DNA of 64,000 nucleotides from an uncultured Chloroflexia bacterium (GTDB taxonomy: Bacteria; Chloroflexota; Limnocylindria; Limnocylindrales; CSP1-4), in contig CAWEHL010000004.1 in the NCBI GenBank assembly GCA_963808895.1, positions 771,463-835,462 on the forward strand, in the 5' to 3' direction. Shown here one piece after another: positions 29,497 through 37,733 of this stretch. A program made the position numbers and the translations under genes. Position 1 is the stretch's first letter. The number at the start of each line of letters is the position of its first letter. The notes under the pieces are model-generated. The model had not been told where the DNA came from. It searched no databases and saw only the letters and a list, made by a program, of their open reading frames with translations.

Positions 29497-29736
29497 TCAG
29501 CCACGCAGCACGGTCATCCCGCCGACCCACGCCGTCATGAGACAGCCGACAGCGCCCATGACCGCGAGGAACACCTCGCCGCCGACCCAGGCCGCGACCG
29601 CGACCCCGCCGAATGCTGCCGCCATGACGATCGCGATCAACGCGAGCCCGATGCGCTCGATCATCGGGCGCCGGGGTCCGGGCTCCTCAGGGGACTCGTC
29701 CGCATCCTGCGGATCGGGCCGACCGGGTTGGCTCAT
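29497..29736 (-). CDS. small hypothetical membrane protein (79 aa, 2 TM helices), translationally coupled to pbpA
   Basis: The ATG at 29736 overlaps the PBP stop as ATGA (29733..29736). Sequence: MSQPGRPDPQDADESPEEPGPRRPMIERIGLALIAIVMAAAFGGVAVAAWVGGEVFLAVMGAVGCLMTAWVGG. Confidence 0.55.
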   Translation of the reverse strand: MSQPGRPDPQDADESPEEPGPRRPMIERIGLALIAIVMAAAFGGVAVAAWVGGEVFLAVMGAVGCLMTAWVGGMTVLRG

Positions 29737-31226
29737 CGCTGCATCTGGAGTGCCTGCGCCATCAGGCGGCCGGCGATCGGGGCAGCCACCTCGGCGCCTC
29801 GTCCGGCCTGTTCCACCAGGACGGCGATCGCGACCGTCGGTGATTCGGCGGGTGCGAACCCGATGAACCACGAGTGGGGCTCACCGCTTCCCCCGAGCTC
29901 GGCGGTGCCTGACTTGCCGGCGGTGGTCACCCCGGGCACCTTCGCGCCGGTCGTGAACTGCTGACCGAGCGGCCCCTCGACCGCCTGGACCATCGCCCGG
30001 TTGATCGCGGCGGCATCGTTCGGCGCAACCACGTGGGCCAGCGTGGAGGCACTGATCTGCCGGCTCCCGCTACGGCCGCTGATCGATGTCACGATGCGTG
30101 GCTTCATGAGGTCGCCACCGTTCGCCACCGTCGACGCCACGAGCGCCATCTGGAACGGCGTCACGAACGTCTCGCCCTGGCCGTACGCGGCGTTCGCCAG
30201 CTCGACGTCGTCGACGAAACCACCGGGAGCGGATCCGGAGCCGTTCGTGACCTGCGACGCTGCGGTCGGGAGGTCGAACGGGATCGACGACCCGAAACCG
30301 AGCCGGTCGGCATACGCCACGAGCTGCTCACCGCCGGTCTGGAGCCCGGTCAGCGCGTACCAGATGTTGCACGACACCTCGGTGGCGCTGGTGAGGTCGA
30401 GCCGCTGGTCACCGGTCTCCGGGTGGTGGCCGTCCCTGATGCGGAAGCCATCGACGACCAGTCCGTTCTTCTCGGCCGGTGGCTGCTCCTTGTACGTCGT
30501 CTCCGGCGTGATCGCGCGGGATCCGAGGCCGGCGATCGCCGTGACGATCTTGAACACCGAGCCCGGCACATACCGGCCGAGGGTCGCTCGCGGGAGCAAC
30601 GGCTGCCGGGGGTCGTCGCGCAGCGCCTCGAATGCCCGGTCGGCGGTCTTCGGGTTCGTGATAGCCGAGGCGTCGTACGTCGGTGTCGAGGCGAGGGCAA
30701 GGACCTCGCCGTTCCGCGGATCGAGCATCACGACGGCGCCGCGGTGGCTACCCAGCGCGCTGACCGCCGCGCGCTGGAGATCCCAGGACATCGACAGGTG
30801 GAGGTCCTTCGGGTCGTACGGGTTCGTGCCGAACTTGCGCAGCGCATCGGACAGGGGGTCGCCCGCCAGGCCGGACAACTCCGAGTCGTAGGCCAGTTCG
30901 AGTCCCACGCGTCCGTAGCGCGGTGATGCATAGCCGACGACGTGGCTGATCTCGTCCCCGCTGTAGCTCCGATACAGCTCGCCGTTCGCGTCCTTCTCGT
31001 TGCGGGTCAATACGTTCCCATCGCGGTCGATGATGTCGCCCCTGGGCACGCGGCGGCTCGCGGCGATGACGGCCGGGTCGTACGGCGAGGTGGACAGCTC
31101 GCTCGAACGGATGACCGACCAGTAGCCGCCGGCACCGGCGAGGACACCGAACGCCAGCGCCAGCACGATCGCGACATGGACGATCGTGCGTCCGAGCGGG
31201 CGGCGGCGTGTCCCCGTGGCGAGCAT
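29733..31226 (-). CDS. pbpA: penicillin-binding protein (class B transpeptidase, PbpA/PBP2-like)
   Basis: Intact 497-aa ORF with an N-terminal TM helix and the three active-site motifs: SVFK (GSVFKIVTA), SCN (EVSCNIWY) and KSGT (GKSGTAE). Confidence 0.88.
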   Translation of the reverse strand: MLATGTRRRPLGRTIVHVAIVLALAFGVLAGAGGYWSVIRSSELSTSPYDPAVIAASRRVPRGDIIDRDGNVLTRNEKDANGELYRSYSGDEISHVVGYASPRYGRVGLELAYDSELSGLAGDPLSDALRKFGTNPYDPKDLHLSMSWDLQRAAVSALGSHRGAVVMLDPRNGEVLALASTPTYDASAITNPKTADRAFEALRDDPRQPLLPRATLGRYVPGSVFKIVTAIAGLGSRAITPETTYKEQPPAEKNGLVVDGFRIRDGHHPETGDQRLDLTSATEVSCNIWYALTGLQTGGEQLVAYADRLGFGSSIPFDLPTAASQVTNGSGSAPGGFVDDVELANAAYGQGETFVTPFQMALVASTVANGGDLMKPRIVTSISGRSGSRQISASTLAHVVAPNDAAAINRAMVQAVEGPLGQQFTTGAKVPGVTTAGKSGTAELGGSGEPHSWFIGFAPAESPTVAIAVLVEQAGRGAEVAAPIAGRLMAQALQMQR

Positions 31227-32665
31227 CAGCGCGCCCGCCGCGGCCGAAGGCGGTCACGCCAGCGTCGCACCTCGCTCGGCGGTGGCGGCGGTTCGACGCC
31301 GCGATCCGACAGCGCGAGGAGCAGCCCCACGACGATCGCGTTCACCAGCAGCGACGAGCCGCCGTAGCTGACGAACGGCAGCGTCACGCCGGTCAGCGGC
31401 AGGACCTTGAGATTGCCCGCGGCGATGATGAAGGCCTGGACGCCGATCACCAGCGCGAGTCCGGTCGCGAGGATGGCCCGGAAGTCGTCCGCGGCGGCGG
31501 CGCCGATCCGTAGCCCTCGTTCGATGACCACGAAGAACAGGCCCAGGATGGCGATCACGCCGACGAGACCAAGCTCCTCGCCGAGCGCGGCGAGCGGGAA
31601 GTCGGTGTGGACCGCGGGGATCGGCGGCCGCCCGCCCACCGTGGGGAGCCCCTGGCCGAGCCCGACGCCGATGAGGCCACCGCGAGCGAACGCGAGGAGC
31701 GATTGGACGATCTGGTAGCCGGAGCCGAGGGGGTCGGCGAACGGGTCGAGCCAGATGTCGATGCGGTCGCGGACGTGCGGGAAGAGGTTCGCCATCAGCG
31801 CCGAGCCCGCGAAGAACAGGATCGCCCCGATGATGACGAGGCTGATCCGACCGGTCGCGGCGTAGACGAGGGCCAGGAACACGGCGAAGAAGAGGAGCGC
31901 TGCACCGAGGTCGCGTTGGATCACGACGATCAGCAACGCGATCGCCCACATCGCGACCATCGGCGCGAGGTACGGCAGCGGCGGCAGCCGGATCGGACCG
32001 ATGCGGGTGTCCTGCTCGATCAGGAGTGGCCGGTTCTCCGACAGGTAGCCGGCAAGGAACACCACCAGGATCACCTTCAGCAGTTCGGAGGGCTGGCCGG
32101 CGAACGGCCCGATCCGGAGGGACAGGCGCTGACCGGCGACGTCGGTGCCGAACACGAACGTGAGCAGGAGGAGCGCGATCCCGGCCGCCGCCCACGTGTA
32201 CTTGTACCGGCGCAGCCAGCTGTCGGAGCGCACGACGATGCCAAGGGTCGTGGCGACGACGATCGCGAGGATCAGCCAGATCAGCTGCACCTCGCCGAGC
32301 CCGAGCGTCGAGCCGGCGACGTCGATCGCCACGAGATCCTGCGGCAGCCGTTGCATCAGGAGGAGGGAGATCCCGCCGAGCAGCCCGACGACGGGCAGGA
32401 GCACCTCGTCGGACCGTCGACCGGCAAGCACGTGCGCGATGTGGGCGCCCGCAAGGGTCGCGAGGTAGATCACGAGGAGGACGGGCTCGTACGGAGCAAG
32501 GCGACCCGTGAGCCCGGCACCGAGCGAGATGCTGCCGACGATCAGCGCGACGGCGACGATGAGCAGGAGACGCGTCTCGGTCCAGCGCGGCCGTGGGTGG
32601 ATGTCGCCGAGGATGCGTGGAAGCTCGACGGGACGTGGCGCCGCTGGCCGGCTTGCGCCGGTCAC
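31226..32665 (-). CDS. rodA: SEDS-family peptidoglycan polymerase (FtsW/RodA)
   Basis: Polytopic ORF with LGAALLFFAVFLALVY, AVHTDFPLAALGEELGLVGV and LPLTGVTLPFVSYGGSSLL. The GTG start at 32665 overlaps the FHA-gene stop as GTGA. Its stop shares one nt with the pbpA ATG (TGATG at 31224..31228). Confidence 0.88.
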   Translation of the reverse strand: MTGASRPAAPRPVELPRILGDIHPRPRWTETRLLLIVAVALIVGSISLGAGLTGRLAPYEPVLLVIYLATLAGAHIAHVLAGRRSDEVLLPVVGLLGGISLLLMQRLPQDLVAIDVAGSTLGLGEVQLIWLILAIVVATTLGIVVRSDSWLRRYKYTWAAAGIALLLLTFVFGTDVAGQRLSLRIGPFAGQPSELLKVILVVFLAGYLSENRPLLIEQDTRIGPIRLPPLPYLAPMVAMWAIALLIVVIQRDLGAALLFFAVFLALVYAATGRISLVIIGAILFFAGSALMANLFPHVRDRIDIWLDPFADPLGSGYQIVQSLLAFARGGLIGVGLGQGLPTVGGRPPIPAVHTDFPLAALGEELGLVGVIAILGLFFVVIERGLRIGAAAADDFRAILATGLALVIGVQAFIIAAGNLKVLPLTGVTLPFVSYGGSSLLVNAIVVGLLLALSDRGVEPPPPPSEVRRWRDRLRPRRAR

Positions 32666-33102
32666 CCGGACCGTGCCCGTTCGAGCCGCAGCCGCACCTG
32701 CCCGATCGAGACCTCGTCGCCGAATCCGAGTGGCGCGACGGAGGCGATGGCCCGTCCGTTCACGAACGTGCCGTTCGTGCTCCCCAGGTCCTCCACGTAC
32801 CAACCACGACCTCGGTACGTCAGGACCGCGTGGTCGGCGGAAGCGAACGGGTCCTCGACGACGATCGCGTTGTTCACGTCGCGCCCGAGGGTCGTGATGG
32901 CATCCAGATCGAACGAACGGCCCGCCTCGGGGTCACCGCTCGGTGATTCGACGACGATCAGCCGGCCGAGGGACGCGCCCGGCTGGCGCGCCGCGGCCCG
33001 CAGGTCCGTCAACAGCGACCGGACGACCCGGGCAAGGAAGACGTAGAGCAGCGCCAGGAAGAGCAGCCTGACGACCCACACCATCAGGAGCGGGGCGTCC
33101 AT
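32662..33102 (-). CDS. FHA-domain protein with an N-terminal TM helix (FhaB/FipA-like)
   Basis: Intact 146-aa ORF. TM helix: LLMVWVVRLLFLALLYVFLA. FHA core: TTLGRDVNNAIVVEDPFASADHAVLTYRGRGWYVEDLGSTNGTFVNG. Confidence 0.85.
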   Translation of the reverse strand: MDAPLLMVWVVRLLFLALLYVFLARVVRSLLTDLRAAARQPGASLGRLIVVESPSGDPEAGRSFDLDAITTLGRDVNNAIVVEDPFASADHAVLTYRGRGWYVEDLGSTNGTFVNGRAIASVAPLGFGDEVSIGQVRLRLERARSG

Positions 33103-33884
33103 CAGCCGACGTCCCCGGCCACCTCGACCATGATCACCGTGTCGCCGAGCTCGATCCGATCCCCGGCGCCGAGCACGAGCTCCCCGACCTGGACGCCGTT
33201 CACCCGTGAGCCGTTCGTGCTGCCGAGATCCGCGTAGACGAGCGTCCCGCGGCGCCCAGCGATCCGGGCGTGATGGCGCGACACGCGGCTGTCGGCGAGG
33301 ACGAGGTCGTTATCGGCCGCGCGACCGATCGTCAGCTGGGAGCCGTCGAACTCGTGGACATGCTCGCTGCGGTCGCGATCGATCACCCGCAGACGCGCCG
33401 CCGGCGCGCTCGGTCGCGGCACGGTGAAGACCATCGTGTCGCCATGCACGGCCACGCTCGGTCCGCCGTCATGCGGCGCATCGACCGGGGCCACCGTGCC
33501 CTGACTGCCGGCGATCGGGTCGGCGAAGCGCGCCGTCACCCGGATGTCGGTCCGTTCGACGTTCGGGTCGGAGAAGAGCGTCACCCGGGGTCGGTCGACC
33601 AGCGTGTAGCGACGGGCTCGGGCGAAGACGAGCGCGCCGTCGGCGAGCTCCGAGGCGAGTGACGCGGTCATGTCGCCGAACCCCTCGAGGTCGTCGGGGT
33701 TGAGGTGGACGACGAAGCGGTTCGGCACGAGCGTGCGATCGGCGGTCGCCAGTCGCTCCGCCTCCATCGCGCGTTCGATGCGCCGCTGCAGCTGGACGGG
33801 CTGGAGACGTGCCCGGAAGAGGCGGGCGGAAGGACGTTCGAAGAGGCGTTCGAAGAACCGCTCGATGGCGGCGAACGGCGGCAT
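33102..33884 (-). CDS. FhaA-like protein (DUF3662 N-terminal domain plus C-terminal FHA domain)
   Basis: Intact 260-aa ORF. N-terminus: IERFFERLFERPSARLF...LQPVQLQRRIERAME...VPNRFVVHLNPDD. FHA core: LTIGRAADNDLVLADSRVSRHHARI...VYADLGSTNGSRVNG. Confidence 0.85.
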   Translation of the reverse strand: MPPFAAIERFFERLFERPSARLFRARLQPVQLQRRIERAMEAERLATADRTLVPNRFVVHLNPDDLEGFGDMTASLASELADGALVFARARRYTLVDRPRVTLFSDPNVERTDIRVTARFADPIAGSQGTVAPVDAPHDGGPSVAVHGDTMVFTVPRPSAPAARLRVIDRDRSEHVHEFDGSQLTIGRAADNDLVLADSRVSRHHARIAGRRGTLVYADLGSTNGSRVNGVQVGELVLGAGDRIELGDTVIMVEVAGDVG

Positions 33885-34057
33885 GGTCCGTCGCAGACTA
33901 GCAGAGGGTCCGGGACCGCCCCCGCGGCCGATACCGGACCATCCGCGCGCGGGTCGGAGTACCCCCGGCCGAGGGGCGCCAGGGACCCTACGTTATACTC
34001 TCGCCCCGCTTGACGGTACGTCCGTCTGAGCCTTGTCACGCGAACATCCGGGGACCC

Positions 34058-35650
34058 ATGGCGGAGATCCTGACCGAATCATTCTGCGAACGGTGTGGCA
34101 CGCGCTACACCTTCGAATCCGCGGCGCCCAAGGCCAAGCTCAAGGGTCTCAAGGTGATGTCGCGCGGCTTCCGCAATTTCGTCCTGTCCGACGACACGTC
34201 GATGGACGAGGCGATGGCCGCGGCGCGGAACGAGACCGACCGCGAGCAGACCTCGCAGCAGCTCGACGCCTTCCACAAGACGTTCAACTTCTGCATGAGC
34301 TGCCGCCAGTACACGTGCGGCAACTGCTGGAACGAGGCCGAGGGCCGCTGTCTCTCATGCGCCCCGGAAGTCGGCCAGGAGGTCATGCCGGCCCCGTTCG
34401 GCACGGTCGCCACCGCCGGGGCCCTGAACCTCACCGATCCAGAGCCGAACGGCGTCCAGGATCGGAACGTCTACGACCTCGCCTCGGCGCCCGCCGAGCC
34501 GCTTGCCTGGCCGACGTCGGACCTGATGCGCGAAGCCGAGGCAGAGCCGGTCGACGGCGCCTTCGATGCCGCGATCGCGGCAGCGGCCGAGGACGCCGCG
34601 AACGGCGCAGACCTGGCGGAGGCCGCCGAGAGCGCGCCCTTCGACGACGAGACGCTGCCCGAGGACGAGAGCTTCGACTTCGCTGCCCGATTCGCGGCGG
34701 TGACCGCGGCGACGGAGGCGGTCGCGGCGGAGCCGCCCGCCGCAGAGGCCCCGACCGCCGCCCCTGCGGAGCCTCCGGTCGAGCCGGTCGTCGTCGAGCC
34801 GGTCGTCGTCCCGAGCCGGGCCGCCGAGCCTGATGTGGCCGCGGCCACCGAGACCGCGGCGACCGACGACGTCATCGATCATCCCGCCGCTGCCGCCGCT
34901 GCGGCCGCCGCGGCGAACACGACCGACCTCTTCCAGCGCTTCCGCCCTGGCCAGAGCCTCGACGACGAGATCGAGGCGTTCGAACGCGAACAGGCAGCCG
35001 AGGCCGCCGCGAAGGCGGCTGCTGCCGCTGCGGCCGCGGCGGCGATCTCCGAGCCTCAGCCGGTGGCGCCAGCACCCGTAGCGCCGATCGCGGCGGTCCA
35101 CCCATCCGAGCCGGTCTATCCCGAGCCGGAGGCTGCGCCCGTCGAGACGTTCGAACCGGAACCCGTCGCTATGGAGCCCGAGACGGAGCCCGCCTGGCCC
35201 GAGCCGGCGTGGCCCGAGCCGGTGGCCGCGGAGGCACCCGTCGACGAGCCCTTGCCGGTCCCGGCCGGCGACCCGCGCGTCGACTACGTCCCCCAGCCGA
35301 CCTGGCAGATCGTGGCGCCCGACGGGCCCGCGACGAATGGGGCCCCCCAACCGCCATCCCAACTGCCGACCCAGCCGTCCGCCGATGCGATCGCCGCGAG
35401 CGCGGAGCCGCAATGGCCCGATCGTGACGCGACCGCCGGCCTGCCGTTCCTGGGCCGGCCCGCGGCCGCGACCGGCGGGATCGACGCGTTGTGGGCGGCT
35501 TCGGCCCAGCAGGTCTCGAGCGTCAGCGAGGTGCCGCAGGTGGGTGCTTCCGCCCCGAAGGCGGGCGGCGTCCAGCCGTGCGTCAGCTGCGGCCTGTCGC
35601 TCTCGGCGAACGCCCGGTTCTGCCGCCGTTGCGGCACTCGCCAGGGCTGA
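34058..35650 (+). CDS. hypothetical protein: N-terminal multi-Cys zinc-ribbon region, Ala/Pro/Glu-rich low-complexity region of about 380 aa, C-terminal zinc ribbon
   Basis: ATG at 34058 gives MAEILTESFCERCGTRYTF...FNFCMSCRQYTCGNCWNEAEGRCLSCAP. The centre is a long A/P/E-rich stretch with a PAWPEPAWPEP repeat. The C-terminus is CVSCGLSLSANARFCRRCG. The frame is continuous, and the gene is divergent from the fhaA-like operon. Confidence 0.65.
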   Translation: MAEILTESFCERCGTRYTFESAAPKAKLKGLKVMSRGFRNFVLSDDTSMDEAMAAARNETDREQTSQQLDAFHKTFNFCMSCRQYTCGNCWNEAEGRCLSCAPEVGQEVMPAPFGTVATAGALNLTDPEPNGVQDRNVYDLASAPAEPLAWPTSDLMREAEAEPVDGAFDAAIAAAAEDAANGADLAEAAESAPFDDETLPEDESFDFAARFAAVTAATEAVAAEPPAAEAPTAAPAEPPVEPVVVEPVVVPSRAAEPDVAAATETAATDDVIDHPAAAAAAAAAANTTDLFQRFRPGQSLDDEIEAFEREQAAEAAAKAAAAAAAAAAISEPQPVAPAPVAPIAAVHPSEPVYPEPEAAPVETFEPEPVAMEPETEPAWPEPAWPEPVAAEAPVDEPLPVPAGDPRVDYVPQPTWQIVAPDGPATNGAPQPPSQLPTQPSADAIAASAEPQWPDRDATAGLPFLGRPAAATGGIDALWAASAQQVSSVSEVPQVGASAPKAGGVQPCVSCGLSLSANARFCRRCGTRQG

Positions 35651-35659
35651 TCGGGGGCG

Positions 35660-36544
35660 CTAGCCCGTCTCGGCCGGGACGCCGCGGGATGCCTGACCGC
35701 CGGTCAGGGCGTCGTCGCGGACACGTACCCAGGCGGCGCCGTACAGCAACCCCTGGTACGAGAACGACAGCCACGCGAGCGCGATGAACGCCGTGGCGAG
35801 CGGCCCGGCCAGCGCGGCCGTCCCCACGATCCGCGGCGCCGCGAACAGGAATAGCTGACCGAGCAGGAAGATCGCCAGGCCGGCGACGATCGCGGGCGGG
35901 ACCGCGGCGCGCAGCGGCGGCCGGCGAGGTGGCACGAGCTGGTAGACGCCGAGCACGACGAGCACCGTGATGAGCGCCACCATCGGCGGTGACGAGACGA
36001 CCCGCCCGAACGCGGTCAGCCAGGTGGACGTCGTCGGGAGCAGGGCCTCGGCGGCCGTCGCAAGCGCCCCGGCGACGATCAACGCGACGACGACGCCGAT
36101 GAGGCCCGCGACCCACACGAACCCACGAGCCGTTCGTCGCAACACGTCGCGTTCCGGTCGATCCGTGAAGATCCGGGAAAAGGCGACGTCGAGGGTCACG
36201 TAGAACTGGCTCACCGTCCAGATCAGACCCGCGACGCCGATGAGCGACGTCACCGCGGCGCCCTGTGCCATCGAGACGAGCGCGTTCTGGATCAGATCCT
36301 GGAGCGGCGGCACGAGCGAGGACAAGGCAGCAGCGAGTTGCTGCTGCACCAGCGGGTCCTTGACCAGCAGGCCCGCCACGCCGAGCGTCACGAGCGCGAT
36401 CGGGACGACCGCGAACAACGTGGTGAACGCAAGGCCGTTGGCCAACAACCCGCCGGGGGCGAGGCCGTAGATCTCGAGGACGCGACGGCCGACCACGACC
36501 CCCGGACGGTCGATGAACCGTTCGAGCGCCGCCGGGATCCTCAT
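35660..36544 (-). CDS. YihY/BrkB (virulence factor BrkB / former RNase BN) family membrane protein
   Basis: Intact 294-aa polytopic ORF: GLLANGLAFTTLFAVVPIALV...YVTLDVAFSRIF...ALAWLSFSYQGLLYGAAW. Confidence 0.75.
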   Translation of the reverse strand: MRIPAALERFIDRPGVVVGRRVLEIYGLAPGGLLANGLAFTTLFAVVPIALVTLGVAGLLVKDPLVQQQLAAALSSLVPPLQDLIQNALVSMAQGAAVTSLIGVAGLIWTVSQFYVTLDVAFSRIFTDRPERDVLRRTARGFVWVAGLIGVVVALIVAGALATAAEALLPTTSTWLTAFGRVVSSPPMVALITVLVVLGVYQLVPPRRPPLRAAVPPAIVAGLAIFLLGQLFLFAAPRIVGTAALAGPLATAFIALAWLSFSYQGLLYGAAWVRVRDDALTGGQASRGVPAETG

Positions 36545-36556
36545 CCGGCCGGTGGG

Positions 36557-36886
36557 TCAGTCGCTCGTCGAGGACGACGGGGTCGACGAGGTCGACGTGG
36601 AGGCCGACGACGACCCGGCGTCACCGCCCGACGGCTTGTCGGCGGATGGCGTGGTCGAGCTCTTCTCGGCGCCCTCGTCCGATGCCTTCTTGCCGGCAGC
36701 CGATGCCGAGCGGCGTTCCTTCTTCGCCCAGCCGCTGCCTTTGAACACGATCGTCGGTGGTGCGAAGGCCTTGCGGATCGGCCCCGAGCCGCACAGTGGG
36801 CAGGCCTCCGGGGCTGGATCGTGTACGCCGTGGATGACTTCGAAGCGCCGGCCGCACGCGGCGCAGATGTAGTCGTAGCGCGGCAC
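36557..36886 (-). CDS. FmdB-family zinc-ribbon protein (CxxC-x-CxxC, Ser/Thr-rich tail)
   Basis: MPRYDYICAACGRRFEVIHGVHDPAPEACPLCGSGPIRKAFAPPTIVFKGSGW is the canonical FmdB/CxxC_CxxC_SSSS pattern. Confidence 0.8.
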   Translation of the reverse strand: MPRYDYICAACGRRFEVIHGVHDPAPEACPLCGSGPIRKAFAPPTIVFKGSGWAKKERRSASAAGKKASDEGAEKSSTTPSADKPSGGDAGSSSASTSTSSTPSSSTSD

Positions 36887-36901
36887 GGTCGCGAGGTCGG
36901 A

Positions 36902-37666
36902 TCAGCCGCGGAGGAGACGCATGCCGCACTTCGGGCAGTAGAACGCCCGCTCGTGTGCCGAGGCGAAGCCGCAGTGCGCGCAGACGAGACCGCCGCGACC
37001 GGCGGCCGGCACGGGTCGCTCGATGGCGGTGAGCCCGACGGCGTGCTGGTTGGCGAGGATGTTCGTGAGGAGGCCCGCGAGCAGCTTGTTGCCGATCCGG
37101 TCCGTGTCGCCGCGCACGCCGCGACCGCCCCAGCCGACGACCGCCCGGCAGATCATGTCGCCGGTCGCCTCGTCCCAGTGGGCTGCGACGCCTCCGACGA
37201 TGGCGTTGTACTCGGGGTAGCCACTGGTGTCGATCTCGCCGTCAAGCAGCGAGCAGACGAACGTGTCGAACGCCAGGTCGATGGCATCGATCGATTCGAG
37301 GACCACGAGCGCGTGCCGGGTGATCGGCGAATGGATGTGGTGCGCGTTGAGCCACTGCATCGCCTCGGATGGACGAGCGATCGTCGGCGTCGCCTGACTG
37401 AACTCGATCGGCAGCGGCTCGACGACCTCGATCTCGGCCTTGGCAAGCCCGACCAGCATCGACGGCAGCTCCGCCATGGCCTTGGGTCCGGTCTGCATCC
37501 GGACGCCCTCGCTCGTCTTCCCCGCGTAGTAGAGCTTGAGCTGGAAGTCCTGGGCGACGACCTCCTCGGGGAGCATCGCCGACCCGGTCATCGCCGGCGC
37601 TGCCGCTGCGGGCTGCCCGGCGTCGGGCTCGGGCGTGTTCTTGCGCTTCAGGAAATCGAGCGGCAC
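36902..37666 (-). CDS. hypothetical protein (254 aa) with a C-terminal zinc ribbon; no family recognised
   Basis: Intact ORF starting MPLDFLKRKNTPEPD and ending CAHCGFASAHERAFYCPKCGMRLL. It is 15 nt upstream of the FmdB-like gene on the same strand. Confidence 0.6.
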   Translation of the reverse strand: MPLDFLKRKNTPEPDAGQPAAAAPAMTGSAMLPEEVVAQDFQLKLYYAGKTSEGVRMQTGPKAMAELPSMLVGLAKAEIEVVEPLPIEFSQATPTIARPSEAMQWLNAHHIHSPITRHALVVLESIDAIDLAFDTFVCSLLDGEIDTSGYPEYNAIVGGVAAHWDEATGDMICRAVVGWGGRGVRGDTDRIGNKLLAGLLTNILANQHAVGLTAIERPVPAAGRGGLVCAHCGFASAHERAFYCPKCGMRLLRG

Positions 37667-37733
37667 CTGGCGACCTCCCCGGTCGGATCGAGCGTCATGC
37701 GCCCGTCATCCTAGCAGCGCGTGCACGCCGGCC

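Noticed and set aside
34500-35300. Repetitive GC-rich sequence (GCC/GCG/CCG runs, and a duplicated GCCTGGCCCGAGCCGGCGTGGCCCGAGCCGG) that might be a CRISPR array or a non-coding repeat array.
   Set aside because: The repeats are short, irregular and lie inside one continuous reading frame that encodes Ala/Pro/Glu low-complexity protein. There is no repeat-spacer periodicity, and no cas genes are in the window.
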